A stretch of 64,000 nucleotides of DNA. Source: Eledone cirrhosa (Eukaryota). Shown in pieces: positions 54,252 to 64,000 of this stretch (position 1 is the stretch's first letter; every line of letters begins with the position of its first letter). Made by a program: the position numbers and the translations under genes. The stretch is taken from assembly GCA_964016885.1 (NCBI GenBank), contig OZ024743.1, positions 329,840,001 through 329,904,000 on the forward strand, in the 5' to 3' direction. The notes beneath the pieces were generated by a model that did not search any database, had not been told where the DNA came from, and saw nothing but the letters and a program-made list of their open reading frames with translations.

Positions 54252-54331
54252 TGTCTCCTGATGAATCCGAACTCAGTAGATTTCCTATTAATTGGATATC
54301 TAAAAATACGGATGAAACCATGGTAGAGATA
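54252..54331 (+). ncRNA. Type I hammerhead ribozyme motif
   Basis: tgtctc-CTGATGA-atccg [39 nt with inner hairpin] cggat-GAAAC catg GTA-gagata. Confidence 0.82.
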
Positions 54332-54614
54332 TAGTTACGGTATGTACACATTTCTTCTAAGTTTGAATTTACACCTAATTGTGTATGGTTGATTGTATAT
54401 TTAGTCAGTTTCTACATGCTGTCGAAATGTTGGATAAATACTCTATTGGGGCCACCGCAAAGAGGCCACTTTCGGTTATTTGTCGGAGATTTCTTCATAG
54501 GAGCCTTTATCCTTATAGCTTGGTCTAATCTATTTTTTATATGGTTGATTATGCTGATTTGGAGAGGAAATGGTATATATTTTATTTATCTAATAATTCT
54601 AAAGACACGATTTA

Positions 54615-54660
<46 letters not shown>

Positions 54661-54667
<7 letters not shown>

Positions 54668-54798
54668 TTTTATTAAGGCTAAATAGTGAATCTTGCAGCT
54701 CAGGAGTTTCGCCTATTTAACACAGGGTTATGACACTGGGATAAACAGGCTAAACACCAGTAACAAGAGTCACTATTTAGCCTTAATAAAATGAATAT
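54661..54798. repeat. Fold-back repeat abutting (TA)n
   Basis: atattcattttattaaggctaaatagtga ... tcactatttagccttaataaaatgaatat. Confidence 0.8.
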
Positions 54799-54991
54799 TG
54801 AAACTCTACTTCGGTATTGAGTACTTCTTTCACTCAGCCATCAACCACATACGGATATATATATATACGGGAAATTCTTGAATTGAGCTCTGCCGTCGGG
54901 GTCATACTCTTTCCTATTACCCACTCTATTACCCTAAGTATTGAGTACTCTGGTGCGTTAAGGTCCATCTGGTTCCTTACCACACCTCCTT

Positions 54992-55022
<31 letters not shown>

Positions 55023-55153
55023 AGTATGTATACGTATATCATAATGCGCCCGGCCGACTAACTCACTCGATATGCAAATTAGGCTGCTCAGCCGTTAAGA
55101 TGCATAAGGAAAGTATATACTTTTAGACGTTCAATCATCTGGCAGGAAGGTAT

Positions 55154-55196
55154 ACGATGTTGACGATAGCTAATAAGCTTGAAACTAGTGCATCGT
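55154..55196 (+). ncRNA. Degenerate minimal hammerhead motif
   Basis: acgatg-TTGACGA-tagct aata agctt-GAAAC ta GTG-catcgt; 6-bp stem I but C3>U and GUG triplet. Confidence 0.5.
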
Positions 55197-55314
55197 TCCT
55201 TTGTTAGTGTTGAACAAAAGGGCAACAATGGTTGCTAAACACTGTACGGCTTAATTCGGGCTGTTTGTTTACAATCAGACCGAGCATTATAATAAATGTT
55301 CGGTAAACCCATAC

Positions 55315-55353
<39 letters not shown>

Positions 55354-55496
55354 CATGTATGTATATATATACATACTACTGTACGTCTGTATACATATAT
55401 GTATGTACGTATACATACTTATATTTAAGTAACAGCCGTACTAAGAGTGAGAAATGAAATTTCGTTTCATTTTTTCCATTTATATATATATATATA

Positions 55497-55662
55497 TATT
55501 AAAATAACAGATTAAAGTTTAAGCAAAGAATCGCTGCTTTCACCCTTAACGGGATCTTCTAAAACTCTAACTTGTTTCAGAAGATCCCGTTAAGGGTGAA
55601 AGCAGTTATTCTTTTCTTAATCTTTAATCTGTTATTTTAATAAAAATTTGCTCTACGGTTTT
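55497..55662. mobile_element. Fold-back pair of family X termini, each with a variant hammerhead fold
   Basis: 55516-55566 on minus (TAGAAGA core) and 55574-55622 on plus (CAGAAGA core). Confidence 0.75.
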
Positions 55663-55772
55663 ATATATTTTTATATATATACTATCCATATTGAGCGCTC
55701 TTCAGATTTTAGTCTTCACAATTATTATTATTACTATATTTATATATATACATATACATACATATATATACA

Positions 55773-55841
<69 letters not shown>

Positions 55842-55974
55842 TTGCGAGGTTTTTGATATGAAATCGTGTGTCGAAACAAATATTGTTATACTTGGGAGGG
55901 TAATATTTGTGTAATATTGCCAGAATTAATAACAGAACACACTCACTGTTTAGTTGGTTTTCGCACTAACAAGT

Positions 55975-57016
55975 TTGATTTAGAACGTAGCACAATGGAA
56001 AGCACCCAGCAGATAGCTAATTCCATACACCACAGTATAACTGTAACTATCGACTACCCTTCCAAATACCATAACAATAAACTACCTGTATTAGACACGG
56101 AACTCTGGATTAACACTATAGACGAGAGAGCCCAAATTCTCCACTCACACTATGCTAAACCCATGGCCTCCAAATACCTGATACTCAAAAGCTCAGCAAT
56201 GTCCAGTAGTGCTGAGTTTAATATTCTGATCGCAGACTTGGTACGAGTGATGAAGAATATGTCCCGCATGTGCGACCCAACAGAAATGGAAAGACACATC
56301 CAACACTTCATCAACCGCATGCAGTTCTCTGGCTACAACCAAAGAGACAGAATCAGAGTATACGAAGGAGCCATGGAGAAGTATAAGACCCTCATAGAAC
56401 TGGACATGAAAGGAATTTGCCCATTATACAGGAGCAAATCATGGAATAGCTTAGATAGGACTAGACATAAGATAGGGAAAGCCACCTCATGGTACGACAA
56501 CCAGAGATTCCAGAGTGTCATGTTTGTGGACGCTACCCCTGGAGGGAAATTAGCTAACCAGTGTAGAAAGGCCCTGAGAACGACCCACTTAAAGATTAAG
56601 GTGGCAGAAAATCCAGGAACCACCATAAAATCTCTGATCAGCAAAACCTACCCTTTTACCCACTGTACTAATAGGAAATGTATCATATGTAAGGTGAACC
56701 CCGGATAAACTGTAAAACTAGAAACGTAGTCTATAGCATAAGATGTACAGAGGGTACTTGCAGAAACATGACAACAACATACATAGGCGAGACAGCTCGT
56801 AGCATAGGTGAAAGGATAGACCAACACTGGGGGGAACGAAAAGAACGAAAAAACGGTTCAGTACTATACGAACATGCCAGACAACAACACGACGGTAACA
56901 TAGACAACATAGAAATTAGAATAATATCTAAACATAGAAATGACCCGGCAGATAAGCAAGTCAGCGAGGCCAGTGAAATAGAATTTAGAAGGCCAAGGCT
57001 AAACAGAAAAAAATGA
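55975..57016 (+). pseudogene. PLE reverse transcriptase C-terminus/thumb + GIY-YIG endonuclease, one frameshift near 56703
   Basis: KLPVLDTELW, HYAKPM, MQFSGY, FVDATPGGKLA, CxxxxCxxC; then shifted frame CKTRNVVYSIRC...YIGETARSIGERIDQH...LYEH...H...EA..I....P.LNRK. Confidence 0.9.
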
Positions 57017-57329
57017 ATGGAATAACAACAACACCCAAACAAACAACACTGACCTAAGAGAAGTATAAATAAATAAATAAATAGATAAATAAATAAATAC
57101 ATACACAAGCACAATAAAAACAAACACATATAAACACACACTAGTAAAGACAGAATACATTAACCAATACACAGTCACCCAATCACGAACACACATCAAA
57201 CAAAACACTATACACACACACAAACGCATGCGCAAAGAAGACAAAATAAAATAAACAAATAAATAAATATATAAATAGACTAAATAAATATGGCGTAGAA
57301 AATACAATGCAACGGGAGGAAACATTAGC

Positions 57330-57371
57330 ACCACTGACGATGTTGCAGATGTGCAACGAAAGAACTTTGAT
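57330..57371 (+). ncRNA. Minimal hammerhead motif in the PLE 3' pLTR
   Basis: acca-CTGACGA-t-gttgca gatg tgcaac-GAAAG aa CTT-tgat. Confidence 0.6.
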
Positions 57372-57570
57372 AAACAATATATATGTCTTTGTGTCTATAT
57401 TGTATCTGTATTTTTGACCGTTGGTCAGTCAATGGCAACATTGAGGACCGAATAAATTAAATTAACCGATATAAAAGACACAGAAGCGAAAAGCGAAAAC
57501 CAACCAAACAGTGAGTGTGTTCTGTTATTAATTCTGGCAATATTACACAAATATGACCCTCCCCAATTAT

Positions 57571-57625
<55 letters not shown>

Positions 57626-57626
57626 A

Positions 57627-57742
57627 GGCGTGTGGCTGAGTGGTTAGAGTATTGGATTCACAATCGTGAGGTTGTGAGTTCGATTCCTGAACCAGGCGAT
57701 GCGTTATGTCCTTGAGCAAGACACTTTATTTCACGTTGCTCC
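57627..57742 (+). mobile_element. CORE-type tRNA SINE 5' part
   Basis: A-box TGGCTGAGTGG, B-box GAGTTCGATTCC, CORE-like 'tgtccttgagcaagacacttta'. Confidence 0.85.
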
Positions 57743-57857
57743 TTCTACCTGGAGTTGCGACCGATAGATAGTATTAGCAATTGGAAAGACCAACGGAAAC
57801 ATAGTTTCCTCGGTCCGATTTGACGAAAGTCGATCGACTAGAATATATATATATATA

Positions 57858-58254
57858 GCCCTTCAAAATGTGTTTAATTAAGCATACGGTATATTATCAA
57901 ATATACTATACATACATTCATGTATACATCGGTATTTCAGAGCACCAATCTTAATTTTTAATTTTTGCTAGACCGACAACCGCTCTGTATAATCAGTTCC
58001 TGATTATTACTGGAATTCTATAGGAATCCAGCCTCTATAATTTTCAGCAGAGGCGGGGAGTACGTTGCTCTGAGGAACACCAACAGTGTGAAACAGAATC
58101 TGTCAGCTTCTCTCTCTTCCTTTGCTGAAAAAGAAGTGACATAGTCACTACTTTAAAATGATAGCGCAAGGTCTTCAAAATGTTTTTTTATATATTACCA
58201 AATATACTATACATACATTCATGTATACATCGATATTTCAAAGCATCAATCCTA

Positions 58255-58258
<4 letters not shown>
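57858..58258 (+). mobile_element. Terminally redundant ~300-310-nt unit containing a hammerhead (retrozyme-like)
   Basis: 57861-57957 repeats at 58173-58258; (TA)n on both flanks. Confidence 0.7.
58067..58107 (+). ncRNA. Type I hammerhead ribozyme motif, canonical core, GUC site
   Basis: gct-CTGAGGA-acac caaca gtgt-GAAACAG aat CTGTC-agc. Confidence 0.8.
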
Positions 58259-58296
<38 letters not shown>

Positions 58297-58863
58297 ATTT
58301 GATTATCAATATTAATATTATTGGGCACCCACTGAAGATTTATAAAAGCCCACTTCAATATGTATCTGTTGATCTTATACAAGCTTCTACATAAATTGGT
58401 ATAATTTCACCCAACTTGTAGGAATCTTATAATGAAACGTGACGTCCGTCTGGGAAGAGAGATATTTGATATATCTCATATGAAATGATACAGCCAATGT
58501 TCCACACAATACAATTAGTTAGCACCCGAACGTTTAATTAGGAATATACTCACTTATTTCCTAATGTTTGTTGAGTGAGTTGGGATTTGGTCGGAGTATC
58601 GCTATTAGCTTTCTCCGATAATATATATATATATATATATATATAATACTGCAACCAGGACATCGATTAGGACGGATACTCTTTCGATCGTTTTCCCACT
58701 CACTCAATAATATGATTAAGTCATTAACTTTAAGATACAAATCCAAGTAAATTAGAGTGGACACTAAAACGGTAAATAGTGAGAAAACCGATTTCCTATA
58801 GATAGAAGATTTAATTTTCTGGCCCCAGACTAATGCATTAGTTTCTGATGGTCCATATGCTGG

Positions 58864-58909
58864 AAGCAAGGATTCGCTGCTTTCACCCTTAACGGGATCT
58901 TCTGAAACT
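58864..58909 (-). ncRNA. Hammerhead-like fold with variant core CAGAAGA (family X), ends at the predicted cleavage triplet
   Basis: agttt-CAGAAGA-tccc gttaa gggt-GAAAgca gcgaatcct tgCTT, then unrelated sequence. Confidence 0.5.
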
Positions 58910-58979
58910 TAAAAAAATCAAATACTCGTTTTAGAATTTGTTTTGCAAGATTTCTTATCTGAAAACCTGTGTGAAACAG

Positions 58980-59240
58980 ATATTATAATACTTTGGGAGG
59001 GTCATGTTGCCAATAAAAACACATGCACCTGTTGGTTTTCACTTCAATTTATTATAAATTTCCGGTTGGTTGCTTGGTGCGATAACCGGATGGTTGTTTG
59101 TATATTGTCAAAGCGCTTTCGTCACACATTCTGTGAACTCCTCAGGATGGTGTAGGACAGAAAAAAGGAGAGACATAAAATAAAAACCTAGTCACTGAGC
59201 AGGTCACAGAATGTGTGACGAAAGACCTTTGACAATATAT
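58980..59240. mobile_element. Inverted pLTR fragments with two minimal hammerhead motifs
   Basis: Minus 59106-59150: CTGAGGA-g-ttcaca gaatg tgtgac-GAAAG cg CTT-tgaca. Plus 59191-59233: gtca-CTGAGCA-g-gtcaca gaatg tgtgac-GAAAG ac CTT-tgac. Terminus 'ttgggagggtcat' matches the 55881/57576 PLE end. Confidence 0.65.
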
Positions 59241-59339
59241 ATATATACATACAATGAGTTATTTGGTTTGTTGATTATACAACAAAGTTAATTTTACAAC
59301 AGATTAGAAGCACTCAACCGCTTTTTATCCGGAGTATCA

Positions 59340-59397
<58 letters not shown>

Positions 59398-59423
59398 CAT
59401 ACATATATATGTGTGTGTGTGTG

Positions 59424-59490
<67 letters not shown>

Positions 59491-59493
59491 GTG

Positions 59494-59524
<31 letters not shown>

Positions 59525-59608
59525 AAATATATATATATACACACATACTTATATATATATATATATATATAAGTATACACATATATATACATATATATAT
59601 AGAGAGAG

Positions 59609-59651
<43 letters not shown>

Positions 59652-59843
59652 TATATGTACATATATATATATACTCACACATATATATGTATACATATAC
59701 ATATATATATATGTACATACATACATATTAATATATACATACATATTAATATATACATACATATTAATATATATATACATCTATCTATCTATTTATATAT
59801 ATATCTATCTATATATATATATATACACACAGTCACACACATA

Positions 59844-60914
59844 TCATAATCTATAAAGCTCAGTGTGTGGTCATGCTCCTTTCTTATAGAAATCTACGAT
59901 ATAGAATTTCTTCAATTGAAATTTACAATTCAGTATTCGAAATAGTTTCCATTGCGTCTTGGCACATCTCATTTTTTCAATTTCACCCACAATTACGCAA
60001 AAAATAGATAAAACTCAATATTTTACGATTTTTCTCTGTCATTTCAACTGCTAAACTCTTTCCACTACCATTCAAAATCTATACAACTTCATACTTTCTG
60101 CTACTTTCTCTTTCCAAGCTTTATGGTGATACTGTCCGTTTTACTCTGTCATATTATCTGCTTCCCTCTACCTACAACCCACACATTTTGCTACTTTCTC
60201 TTTTATACTTCAAATTATTACATTTCATACGAAACGACAATTATTCAAAAGCAACAGATACATTTATTCAACAACAAGCGATAAATCTTTTTTAAAACTT
60301 ATTTTCCAAACGCATACAAACACACACTCACTTCAACAACAACAACAACAATCTGCCTTTTATAGATAATCATAAACAATAATATCCTCTATGAGGTCAC
60401 TAAACCTGCTAGAAACAGCAGCTAACTCTCCCCCATACCACACCCCTCCCTACTGTCTTAAATTTAGAAAACATATCTTCTATGAGGTCACTAAACCTGC
60501 TATAAACAGCAGCTAACTCTCCTCCATATCACACCACTCCCTACTGTCTTAAATTTAGAAAACACATATTCTCTATGAGGTCACTAAACCTGCTAGAAAC
60601 AACAGCTAACTCTCCCTCATATCACAACCTTCCCTACTGTCTTAAATTTAGAAAACACACAGACAACCATGCAGAACAACTCCATCGCAGCTCTGTTGTT
60701 CGGCTGGCATCGCCTACGCGCGTGTTGCGCAAGTACTGTGAAACAATAAATGTAGGCGAAACTACAATTGTCACTGCTGGCGCAGCTCCTGCTTCACGGT
60801 CTGCAATTCATTCACCCAGTGCCTGGCAGACAAAAAAGTGCTGCCATAAAATGGGTGGTGCAACCTAACTTTGGTAACTTAATGACCCCGAGCAACGCCG
60901 GGCTTTAATGCTAG
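59844..60914 (+). mobile_element. Non-autonomous Helitron-like element containing a ~92-bp triplication (60383-60660)
   Basis: A|TC..TCTATAAAG start; 3' hairpin cccg-agcaacgc-cggg followed by CTAG|T. Confidence 0.6.
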
Positions 60915-61273
60915 TATATTGATAATGCTTCATCTTACTACACTAGTGTATTACAGTAATCTATCTGTAGACCTGCAATAAAAAAATATACAAACTGTAC
61001 AGATAATAACACATTGTATTAGTTTCTATACCATACCTGTGTTTAACTTCACACTTTTCTGACTTCAAAGTAACTATATGAAGACGAGGTGATTAATGCG
61101 TTTAATATATGTGTATATATAGTGTGTAGACTAAAGCGGCCTAGATATATTCTCCAGTACAGTGTATTACATGTGTGTATGAGTGGTTTTATATATATAT
61201 ATAGTAATAATAATAAATTTTAAGACTAAATTCCAAAGAGGGCTCGATAAGGATAAATATATATCAGATATAT

Positions 61274-61422
61274 AAGAACCGTAGAGCAAATATTTATTAA
61301 AATAACAGATTAAAGTTTAAGCAAAGAATTGCTGCTTTCACCCTTTAACGGGATCTTCAGAAGATCCCGTTAAGGGTGAAAGCAGCGATTCTTTGCTTAA
61401 ACTTTAATCTGTTATTTTAATA
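61274..61422. mobile_element. Fold-back pair of family X termini with a 1-nt spacer
   Basis: ~63-bp arms mirrored about A61359; (TA)n on the right. Confidence 0.85.
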
Positions 61423-61587
61423 TATATATATATATATATATCAATGATATTAATAAATGTAAACTATATTTATAAAACCATATTTATTCTATTATATACC
61501 TTTTGCTTATATATATATATATGTATGTATGAATTCCGTCGGAAACCACTGGTAAATGGAATAATTGCCTTATGTTGTTTATTACAT

Positions 61588-61645
<58 letters not shown>

Positions 61646-62213
61646 GAATAATCGAGTATCGAAAAATCGGCGCACGAGTTCACGATAAACAAAAATCGAT
61701 ATGAGCGGCAGAGTGCTCCATAATTTAGATAAATCAGAGCTATAACTATCGTTAAAATACCGTCACACATAGAACAAGTCTATAATCAACCGTACGATCG
61801 AAAATTTGCGATCCGGAAGATTCGGGACACTCAGATAAAAAATCAATAAATCAATAAATTAAATGAATGTAAAAAGCATACCCGGACCCGCTAGAAAGAT
61901 GTTAAATCTAGCTTCATGGGTTTCTGTAAATCCTTAAACATTTCTCTATCAGCTCACATAAAAATATATAAGACTTCTAGATACCAGTGGACAGGAAAAT
62001 TTACTTCTTCAATATATATATATATATATAAGCCAAGGGATATTTAATTTGTTGGTAATTCAACAATATATATATATTTATAACTGATTCGAAGCACTCG
62101 ACAAGTTTTCTGGAGTATAATATCCAGGAAAACTTGGAGTATAATATCCAGGAAAAACTTGAACTGTTAAGATCTCGTTTCTGGATATGTCAATATTTAT
62201 AAAACAAACTTTG

Positions 62214-62274
62214 TATTTTATCTGATGAGAGCGTACCAAAGTTTTGGTACCTTTGAAATATATATAATAGAATA
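62214..62274 (+). ncRNA. Type I hammerhead ribozyme motif
   Basis: tattttat-CTGATGA-gagcgtaccaaa gt tttggtaccttt-GAAAT atat ATA-atagaata; 8-bp stem I; AATAAA and (TA)n follow. Confidence 0.82.
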
Positions 62275-62310
62275 AATATAGTTTTATAAATATAGTTTCC
62301 ATTTATTAAT

Positions 62311-62355
<45 letters not shown>

Positions 62356-62696
62356 TGTATAATATATATAATATATTATAAAGTAAGAAGTAATATTAGA
62401 CATAAATAAATACCTATTTTTCTTTAAATTCCCGACTGTAGAGTTTCGTATACTATGCAAAAATCCTATATCATAGAGGTGTAACATTTTTGTGAGGTAG
62501 GCCAACTTTTCAAGGGAACACCTCAGAGAAAGAACAATTTGAAACAGGTCTGCATCGCGCGAGAGAATCTTGAAAAGGCGGAGGGAAATACTATCACGCG
62601 ACATAGTGGTCAAGAAATCGGATTAAATCCTTTGTAGCAGTGAAAAACATCTCAGAAGGCGAAGGGTATATATATTCGATACAGAGGCTGCATTAT

Positions 62697-62698
<2 letters not shown>

Positions 62699-62763
<65 letters not shown>

Positions 62764-62822
62764 ATATATATATATATGTGTATGTATGTATATATATGTA
62801 TATATATATGTACGTATGTATG

Positions 62823-62913
<91 letters not shown>

Positions 62914-62984
62914 ATATATATATATATATATATGTCAATTTTTTAAAATTTATTTTGAAACTTTTTCATTATTTGCTAAACCTT

Positions 62985-63036
<52 letters not shown>

Positions 63037-63082
63037 ATATATATATATATATATACACGTATGTATGTATATATGTATGTAT

Positions 63083-63154
<72 letters not shown>

Positions 63155-63199
63155 ATATATATATATATATATATACACGTATGTATGTATATATGTATG

Positions 63200-63271
<72 letters not shown>

Positions 63272-63285
63272 CGTGTGTGTATGTA
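62699..63285. repeat. Compound (TA)n/(TATG)n microsatellite
   Basis: Direct reading. Confidence 0.95.
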
Positions 63286-63624
63286 AGAGTAAAAGTATAT
63301 GCACACCCATATACACAAACATACATACACACAGATGATGTGCATGCAAGCATGTGTATTGATATATATAGAATTGATGTGGAAGCCCTGCATAACAATT
63401 CTCTAAACCAACACACAGACATGTGCAGATTGTGCATGAGGTTGCATGCATCTGTATCCTTTACAGCATTTCTGAGATTGATATGTAAACACTGTGCATA
63501 CATGCACAGCATGCAGGTATGCACATAGACACACATTAACACGAGACCATATCATCCCTTGATATGCACATTCACTTATATGTGTATATATATATGTATG
63601 TGTGTGTGTATATGTATGTGTGTA

Positions 63625-63832
63625 GATAGAGGAGAGAGAGGGGGGGAGGAGAGAGAAAGAGAGAGATGGGGAGGGGGAGAGATAAAGAGAGATTGGGGAA
63701 GGGAAAGAGAAAGAGAGTTAGGGATAGGGAGAGAGAGAGAGGGGGAGCGGGAGAGAGAGAAAGAGAGAGAGAGAGACATTGAGAAAGAGAGAGAGAAAGA
63801 GAGAGAGATAGAGAGAGAGAGGGGGGGGACAG
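63625..63832. repeat. (GA)n-rich tract
   Basis: Direct reading. Confidence 0.92.
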
Positions 63833-63876
63833 GGATGTGATAAGATGTTACTAGTTTATACTCAAGGAAAGTACTG

Positions 63877-64000
63877 GGATTGGCAGTATCGGTAGAGAGT
63901 CGGACACCATGCTTTGAAGCATAGAGTTACGGCCCTTTATGATCTGAGTTCAAATCCCGCCGAGGTTAACTTTGCCTTTCATCCTTACGGGGTCGATAAA
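63877..64000 (+). mobile_element. SINE family A, cut by the window end
   Basis: TGGCAGTATCGG A-box, GAGTTCAAATCCC B-box, gcctttcatccttacggggtcgataaa. Confidence 0.9.

Larger units (their letters stand above)
55881..57576 (+). mobile_element. 5'-truncated Penelope-like element with inverted 5' pLTR fragment
   Basis: 55881-55964 is the reverse complement of 57493-57576; RT C-terminus plus GIY-YIG inside; (TA)n on both flanks. Confidence 0.9.

Noticed and set aside
60383-60660. Triplicated 'ctatgaggtcactaaacctgctagaaacagc' as tandem hammerheads
   Set aside because: Core lacks CUGANGA, stem II is not adjacent to GAAA, no stem I; matches a common dispersed repeat (15148, 34195)
61536-61560. GAAACCACTGGTA half-motif (and a similar one at 57825-57845)
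   Set aside because: The 5' CUGANGA half is absent, so it cannot be called

Overview
AT-rich, repeat-saturated eukaryotic DNA. The SINE families and microsatellite load resemble a coleoid cephalopod such as Octopus (inference). I found no host protein-coding exon, rRNA or tRNA gene, and nearly all ORFs in the track are translations of micro- or minisatellites. The window holds large satellites (1-2.9, 16.5-25.3, 48.4-51.4 kb), many tRNA-derived SINE copies and MITEs. It also holds decayed transposon coding fragments: mariner, RTE, CRE-like, R4/Dong-like, Helitron and two Penelope-like GIY-YIG elements. The main hidden signal is RNA-structural. Short inserts in or next to (TA)n tracts carry type I hammerhead-ribozyme folds from about ten unrelated sequence families, often as fold-back or terminally redundant copies. 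One family has seven copies of a hammerhead topology with a non-canonical core (mostly CAGAAGA). One ~300-nt terminally redundant unit looks like a non-LTR retrozyme. All folds were read by eye and none has been tested for cleavage.
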